Positions 58,676 to 64,000 of a DNA stretch of 64,000 nucleotides are shown here, in pieces. The stretch is from a bacterium (GTDB taxonomy: Bacteria > Patescibacteriota > Microgenomatia > Curtissbacterales > GWA2-41-24): positions 206,115 through 270,114 of the forward strand of contig JAKAJD010000001.1 in NCBI GenBank assembly GCA_021813945.1, read 5' to 3'. The number at the start of each line of letters is the position of its first letter. The stretch's first letter is position 1. The notes under the pieces are model-generated. The model worked only from the letters and a program-made list of their open reading frames with translations. It searched no databases and was not told the origin of the DNA. The position numbers and the translations under genes are program-made.

Positions 58676-60049
58676 ATGTCACTTTTATCTGTACGAATAA
58701 GGCGCCTAAAATTTTGGTGGCATTTATTGCTAGCCTACACAAAAAGATACCAGCGTAGAGTGCTAATTTCAGCTTTAATACTCATCCTTATCATCTCAAC
58801 ACTAATAAAGTTATTCCCTATAATAGGGAACGGAAATACAATAACATTAGGCTATGTTGGGAATTACACTATAGAAACAATACCTTCCGAAGTGCTTTCG
58901 CTAGCAACACAGGCACTTATAACAGAAGGCCCAGACGGCAAGGCCCAACCCCAACTGGCATCTCATTGGACGGTTTCGGATGACCAAAAAACTTATACGG
59001 TTTTTTTAAAAGATAATCTGACCTGGCACGATTCAACAACAGTTGATGCCAAAGACATAAGCATTGCAATTTCAAATGTTACTGCAAGCGCAATAAACAA
59101 CAAAACAATCGAATTTCATCTTCCAAATCCGATATCCTCATTTCTCGAAGCTTTGGACAAACCTGTTTTTAAATCAAAAACTTTTTATGGAACCGGGGAA
59201 TTTAGAATTGTAAAAATCGACAAGGTAGATTCAATGATAAAAAGAATAAGACTTCACCCAAAAAACCCAAACTTACCAAAAGTTGAAATTAAATTCTATT
59301 CAACAGAGAAACAAGCTATTGCCGCTTTAAAGATGGGGGATATTAAAGTGTTAAAAGTTGCTAATGTCAAAGCTCTCACGTTATGGCCTAACGTTGATGT
59401 AAAAGTAGCAACCGACAAAAGCTCACTGGTTACCATATTTTTCAAAAACAGCGACCAACTTCTTTCATCTCGAGATTTGCGTCAAGCGCTAAGCTACGCA
59501 ATAAATAAGGACAATTTCGATGGAGAAGCCGCTTATGGCCCTATATCATCTGCAAGCTGGGCATATAATCCATCTGTAAAAAGATACGATTTTAGCCCTG
59601 CAAAGGCAAAAGAGCTTATAGCAAGAACAAATGCCAAAGGCCAAACAATTACACTCTCAGTAATGCCGGGTTTGGATGATGTTGCCAAACAGATCCAAGA
59701 AAATTGGCAAGCAATTGGGATAAACGTGAAACTTAAACCTGAAAAGGGAATACCTTTAAAATTTCAAGCACTTTTAGCGGTAAACCATCTTCCGCCGGAT
59801 CCCGATCAATACGCACTATGGCACTCTACACAAAAATCTACAAATATAACCGATTACGTAAATGTAAAAATAGACAAAATTTTAGAAGATGCAAGATCTA
59901 CACAAGACGATAGCCAAAGAAAAGATTTGTACTTCGATTTTCAACGGTATCTTGTAGAAGACGAACCTGCAGCCTTTTTGTATCACCCCAACACATATCA
60001 GGTAATTTATAAAAACTCAGAAAACATGTTTAAAGAATTGCCACTCTAA
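58676..60049 (+). CDS. extracellular solute-binding protein, family 5 (Opp/Dpp-type), orphan
   Basis: N-terminal anchor and SBP_bac_5-like core (TLGYVGNYTIETIP..., ...LTWHDSTTVDAKDI...). No permease or ATPase genes are adjacent. Confidence 0.65.
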   Translation: MSLLSVRIRRLKFWWHLLLAYTKRYQRRVLISALILILIISTLIKLFPIIGNGNTITLGYVGNYTIETIPSEVLSLATQALITEGPDGKAQPQLASHWTVSDDQKTYTVFLKDNLTWHDSTTVDAKDISIAISNVTASAINNKTIEFHLPNPISSFLEALDKPVFKSKTFYGTGEFRIVKIDKVDSMIKRIRLHPKNPNLPKVEIKFYSTEKQAIAALKMGDIKVLKVANVKALTLWPNVDVKVATDKSSLVTIFFKNSDQLLSSRDLRQALSYAINKDNFDGEAAYGPISSASWAYNPSVKRYDFSPAKAKELIARTNAKGQTITLSVMPGLDDVAKQIQENWQAIGINVKLKPEKGIPLKFQALLAVNHLPPDPDQYALWHSTQKSTNITDYVNVKIDKILEDARSTQDDSQRKDLYFDFQRYLVEDEPAAFLYHPNTYQVIYKNSENMFKELPL

Positions 60050-60061
60050 ACCAAAACTAAG

Positions 60062-61627
60062 CTAACTTGCCAGATTTAGGAAAAACCTTACAAAACCATT
60101 TCCCGAATTCTGTCTAATAAAATTCAACAAATCTCCATGGTCTATTTGTGGAGGATTCGTTTTCCACCACTCGACGTTTTTTTCAAATACATTAGAAGTA
60201 GCGACACTTTCTAAAAGATTAGTGCTTGTGCCTTCTCGGATAGGCTCCCAATTAAATTCACCACCTCTTTCACAAACCATTATATTTTTTCCATCCAGGC
60301 TTTCCCGACCGTCCATGTATATAAATAAAGAAAGTGGGTGGCTTATCCTGTTACCGTTTAGGGGACAGCTGAAAATATTAAAAGAATGAGTATAATTTTT
60401 TGAATAAATATCATTCTTAAGAAGGTTTATATTGTTAAAATTAATCTGGCTTGGACCCAAAAGCCCTAAAGATGTTTTTACAGACACCAAAACTACTAGC
60501 GTGACAAAAGCCATTCCTGTCAAAGCATTCTTTTTATAAAGTTCAAAACAAGCCCAAGACGAGAGGACGATTACCAAAGGATATGCAAATAAGCTGTAAT
60601 AGTTAAATCTCTCGCCACGATAGTATCGATAAATCACAATCTCGAATATAAAAACAAGAAGAATAACAAAAATAGGCCTTTTTAAAGATAAATTTCTGGC
60701 TTCCCGAAAAAGGAAAAGCAAAAGCAGAATAATGATTGCGTACGAAACAATGGAGTTGCCTGATACGATTTCTGACCAAGCCTTCGGCCAATAGGAGAAA
60801 ACGTATGTAAGCCAGCGGTTGGGAACCCAAATTTTATACTGATCAACAAGTAAATAAATCAATAAATTCCTTGTGTCAAACCAGAAATGATAATAATCAA
60901 AATAAACTAAAGGCGAAAATGGCAACACAAATCCGACAATACCGACAATAATACTTACAGCAATATTTTTAAATTTTTTTGAGAAAAAAACGTAAACCAC
61001 TCCAAAAAGAAAAGATGGGGTTAGCAAAATGCCCTGAAAATGAACAGTTATACTGAGTCCTGAAAAAAAACCTAAAAGAAATAAATAATAAATTCTTCCA
61101 TTTTCAATAAATTTCAAAAGCAGAAAAATTATTATCAAAGCGAAAAAAGGCATAATCGAAGGGTTCCAAACGGACAGTGAATTGTTAATAAGGCCAGGAG
61201 AAACCGACGCAAACATCAGGCTAAAAAGTCCAACGTATCTTCCACCAATTTTTGAACCTAAAAAGAAAATGCAAACAAGAAATAGTACGGATAGTAAAGA
61301 CATAAAATACCATACCGTTAAGTATCCCAGGGGATGAGCGTACAAAGTCTCTAGAAACCAATACCACCAAGGGCCGTAAAAAAAAGGGGCAGCAGACGAA
61401 AACTGGCCAATAATTGGAACTTTCCCGTGGTCATAGGCAAAGATCGCTATTTGCGCATCACGCGAATTATCTGCATCTAAATGAACTCTGTTAGCATAGT
61501 TATAAGTTCTAAAGAAAATTCCCAAAGCTACGGCAAAACCGACTAAAAAGTAATAAACTGAAAATCTGTTTGCTAAAGACTTGAGTTTTTCCGCAAAAAT
61601 TTTGACGTTATCCTTGGGCGGTCTCAT
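60062..61627 (-). CDS. GT-C-like polytopic membrane glycosyltransferase, paralogue 2
   Basis: N-terminal loop motif ...LDADNSRDAQIAIFAYDHGKVPIIGQFSSAAPFFYGPWWYWF... shared with the 61624-63141 and 63382-64000 ORFs. About 12 TM helices and a C-terminal soluble domain. Confidence 0.6.
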   Translation of the reverse strand: MRPPKDNVKIFAEKLKSLANRFSVYYFLVGFAVALGIFFRTYNYANRVHLDADNSRDAQIAIFAYDHGKVPIIGQFSSAAPFFYGPWWYWFLETLYAHPLGYLTVWYFMSLLSVLFLVCIFFLGSKIGGRYVGLFSLMFASVSPGLINNSLSVWNPSIMPFFALIIIFLLLKFIENGRIYYLFLLGFFSGLSITVHFQGILLTPSFLFGVVYVFFSKKFKNIAVSIIVGIVGFVLPFSPLVYFDYYHFWFDTRNLLIYLLVDQYKIWVPNRWLTYVFSYWPKAWSEIVSGNSIVSYAIIILLLLFLFREARNLSLKRPIFVILLVFIFEIVIYRYYRGERFNYYSLFAYPLVIVLSSWACFELYKKNALTGMAFVTLVVLVSVKTSLGLLGPSQINFNNINLLKNDIYSKNYTHSFNIFSCPLNGNRISHPLSLFIYMDGRESLDGKNIMVCERGGEFNWEPIREGTSTNLLESVATSNVFEKNVEWWKTNPPQIDHGDLLNFIRQNSGNGFVRFFLNLAS

Positions 61628-63141
61628 CTATAAAACAAACCAGGGTTGATTCCAAAATCGAATGATATCTTTTGCTGCTCATCAGAAAGAGCGTATTTTT
61701 CAATCTTAAAATTATTTTGAAGGTACCATGTTGTAAGCGGCTCATTGTTAATCCTTACCGCCCCGTATTTAAACTTGACTGCTGTTGTTGTTGGATTGTT
61801 AGATGGAGGCTCGTCAATAATGTAAGTAACAGCTCGTTTTGAAAAAGCGTAACCGTTTTTCCTAAAAACCTGATGAGCATACTCCATTGCATAACGAGGT
61901 CCATAGCCAAATATATCCGGCGAATAGATAAAGTAACCAAATTCCTTATCAGGTTGAGAGTATACGATTGACGACGTACTCAAAAGAGCTTTCCAGGAGA
62001 ACTGGTTCTTACCAATGATTTTTTTAGACTGGTCTATAAAGTTAAAAACGGAAATCATGTTTAAAATGTAAATAGCTATAAAAGCGGTAAGAAATAGTTT
62101 GCGGTATTTGGATGTCCAAAAAGAAGAAAATATCAAAAACACAAGTGAGTACATCGGGAAAGTATAGTTGTAAAGAAGGTCGTACCTATTTAAAAGGCTA
62201 AATACAAAAAATCCAAAATAAAAATAACAAAACCATAAGTAAATCTGACGATATTTACTTTCCTTAAACTGCCCAAACAAAAGAATAAAAAAGATTATAG
62301 AAGGAATGACGTTAATATAGGAAAAATTGAAGTGCAAAAATTCCGTGCTTCTGAATACATTTACAAAACGATTAAAAATTATCTCCAAAAAGGAAGAATG
62401 CGGATCACTTGTTCCCAAATGGCGAATGACGTTTCTGACTAAAATATGTTCGTGCCTTAAGTCAAATAATATAAATGTGCTAAATGGTATCGAGTATGCG
62501 CTTAGAAAAATTAAATGCCGAAAGTGTTTACTTTTCCAGCAGATATAGCAAATGGCAAGAACCGAAAGCGCAGAAAGAGGAATTCCAACTGCCATTTGCA
62601 TTTGTATCATTCCGCCGGCAAACAATATATGTAAGAGAAGGTGACGCAACTTAAACGTTTTAATATATCTAACGAATGAAAAGAAGAATAGTGGCAGTAG
62701 AAAAAAAGCTCCATGCGGATTAATAAACTCACGTGTGCGAAAAATCAAGTATACGGAGATTAAAAGAACGTACAAAATTGCGCTATTTTTATTAAATAAG
62801 GATTTTGCAACAAAATAAAAAATCGCGATAAAAGTTATATACAAGATCACCCAGTACCAGCCTAAAAAAACCGGGTTGCCATGACCCATTAAATACCCTG
62901 GATAAGTTAAATAAATCCATAAGGGGCCATGGTATAATCCCCCAACACTTGATCTTGGTCCGATCAGAATCAATTTCTTTTGGTCTACTTCTTTAAAAAT
63001 CCACATATCTCTTGCCACGTCGGCGCTAAAATAAATATCTCCATGTAGCGCGTACCAAGACGCAAAAAAGGCATTTAAAACCAGGAGAAAAACGACAAGA
63101 ATAAGAACAAGCTTTTTATAAGACCATTCAAGTTTTATCAC
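61624..63141 (-). CDS. GT-C-like polytopic membrane glycosyltransferase, paralogue 1
   Basis: ...FSADVARDMWIFKEVDQKKLILIGPRSSVGGLYHGPLWIYL... ATGA overlap with the downstream paralogue. Confidence 0.6.
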   Translation of the reverse strand: MIKLEWSYKKLVLILVVFLLVLNAFFASWYALHGDIYFSADVARDMWIFKEVDQKKLILIGPRSSVGGLYHGPLWIYLTYPGYLMGHGNPVFLGWYWVILYITFIAIFYFVAKSLFNKNSAILYVLLISVYLIFRTREFINPHGAFFLLPLFFFSFVRYIKTFKLRHLLLHILFAGGMIQMQMAVGIPLSALSVLAICYICWKSKHFRHLIFLSAYSIPFSTFILFDLRHEHILVRNVIRHLGTSDPHSSFLEIIFNRFVNVFRSTEFLHFNFSYINVIPSIIFFILLFGQFKESKYRQIYLWFCYFYFGFFVFSLLNRYDLLYNYTFPMYSLVFLIFSSFWTSKYRKLFLTAFIAIYILNMISVFNFIDQSKKIIGKNQFSWKALLSTSSIVYSQPDKEFGYFIYSPDIFGYGPRYAMEYAHQVFRKNGYAFSKRAVTYIIDEPPSNNPTTTAVKFKYGAVRINNEPLTTWYLQNNFKIEKYALSDEQQKISFDFGINPGLFYR

Positions 63142-63241
63142 AGCGCGAAGCAGATATACTAAACTTTAGTTGAAATCAGAAAGCTCTGCAATAAGTAGTT
63201 TAATAGGGAAATCCCAGAGTTTTATTAAGAAGAGCTTCTTG

Positions 63242-63316
63242 GGTGGCTGAGGGGACTCGAACCCCCGACATCCGGCTCCACAAGCCAGCGCTCTAACCAA
63301 CTGAGCTACAGCCACC
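63242..63316 (-). tRNA. tRNA-His (anticodon GUG) with an encoded G-1
   Basis: Minus-strand sequence G-GTGGCTGTAGCTCAGTTGGTTAGAGCGCTGGCTTGTGGAGCCGGATGTCGGGGGTTCGAGTCCCCTCAGCCACC. Anticodon loop TTGTGGA. G-1 pairs with C73. Confidence 0.85.
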
Positions 63317-63381
63317 AAGCATGCAAATTATACCAAAATACAGTTTGATTTATCTTGGAATTTGAAGGTATTATTCAAGAA

Positions 63382-64000
63382 GTGTTTGGAAACTCGCGGC
63401 AAATTATAAGATCAATTATTATTTTTTCACTTGCTTTTTTGTGCTTTGAATATCTTCGCAGCATTTTAAATGGGTATTCAGCATTTTGGTTTGATCCTGC
63501 AAGGGACTTTACTCTCGCGCTTTCTAATCTTAAAAAAATTTCTCTTATCGGCTCACCTACGGGAATACCAAGTGTTTTTTATGGACCTTACTGGATTTGG
63601 CTCATCAGCTTAGGAATGCTAACAACCAAAGATCCGGCACTGATTATAATTTTTCTTCAAGTTATTCCGTATCTTGTCATCTTTCCAGCATTGTTTTTTA
63701 AATTCAAAAAATTCTTTTCAAAAGAAATAATCTTGGCACTTTTATGGCTTTTTTACCTTTCATCAGGAAGTTACATAGTACAAATTTGGAATATAAACTA
63801 TGCTCCGCTGATATTTCTTGCAACAACTTATTTAGTAATCGCTCTCTCAAGCCTAAGAAAACCTACTCTAAAATTTCTTTGTCTTTTTATCATAGCGATT
63901 TTAAACGCGCTTCTTATTAATTTTCATTTCTCTTTCGGTTTTGCTGTCAGCTTATCAACGGTAATTTTTATTACCATATCGCAGCTGAAAGAAATCTTGT
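63382..64000 (+). CDS. GT-C-like membrane glycosyltransferase, paralogue 3 (3' end beyond the window)
   Basis: Open frame from GTG 63382 (or TTG 63355) to the window end. It is not in the ORF track because no stop is reached. ...FDPARDFTLALSNLKKISLIGSPTGIPSVFYGPYWIWL... is homologous to the two minus-strand paralogues. Confidence 0.5.
   Translation, partial: MFGNSRQIIRSIIIFSLAFLCFEYLRSILNGYSAFWFDPARDFTLALSNLKKISLIGSPTGIPSVFYGPYWIWLISLGMLTTKDPALIIIFLQVIPYLVIFPALFFKFKKFFSKEIILALLWLFYLSSGSYIVQIWNINYAPLIFLATTYLVIALSSLRKPTLKFLCLFIIAILNALLINFHFSFGFAVSLSTVIFITISQLKEIL

Noticed and set aside
1-64000. CRISPR arrays, rRNA genes, integrases, transposases and toxin-antitoxin pairs.
   Set aside because: None was seen: no spaced short direct repeats, no rRNA-like conserved stretches and no recombinase motifs in any ORF.

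Overview
This 64 kb window is a low-GC, densely packed stretch of a small-genome bacterium. The gene content and architecture resemble Patescibacteria/CPR-like lineages, but that placement is inference only. Standard genetic code: TGA is used as a stop codon (for example at the end of polX). Most of the window is conserved housekeeping. Recognisable on the + strand: PolX (5' partial), lemA, a pyrimidine block (prs-pyrF-pyrE-pyrD), htpX, gatCAB, dnaE, rplS-rnhB-yraN, xseAB, a short holA-like gene, a lower-glycolysis/gluconeogenesis block (ppsA-eno-gpmI), dedA, an Nramp transporter, yvcK and secG. A minus-strand sugar/nucleotide-ribose operon runs 18.4-23.1 kb: beta-CASP RNase, rpe, LOG, PfkB kinase, 2-hydroxyacid dehydrogenase. 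Three tRNA genes are present on the minus strand: Glu-UUC, Lys-UUU and His-GUG. No CRISPR array, rRNA gene, integrase or transposase was seen. The most distinctive theme is a dispersed DNA-damage (SOS-like) gene set: PolX, dnaE, a hyp-dinB-hyp operon, lexA divergent from uvrB, and uvrB-[unknown gene]-uvrA-[transglutaminase-like surface protein]-uvrC. A 19-bp exact direct repeat sits in the lexA/uvrB promoter region and is a candidate lineage-specific operator. The second theme is cell-envelope and surface biology: five GT-C/PMT-like membrane glycosyltransferases (three are tandem paralogues around tRNA-His), a PAP2 phosphatase, a CvpA-CAP fusion, a membrane-anchored matrixin and a transglutaminase-like protein. 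Also notable: a strongly SD-driven acidic Pro-rich peptide gene, a methyltransferase/alpha-beta-hydrolase fusion, a repeated AAAAGGTCAG(S)CCTTAAC motif in two intergenic regions, a tRNA-Lys 3'-end duplication, and a decaying region next to tRNA-Glu. All calls rest on reading the supplied translations and sequence by eye; no database search could be run.
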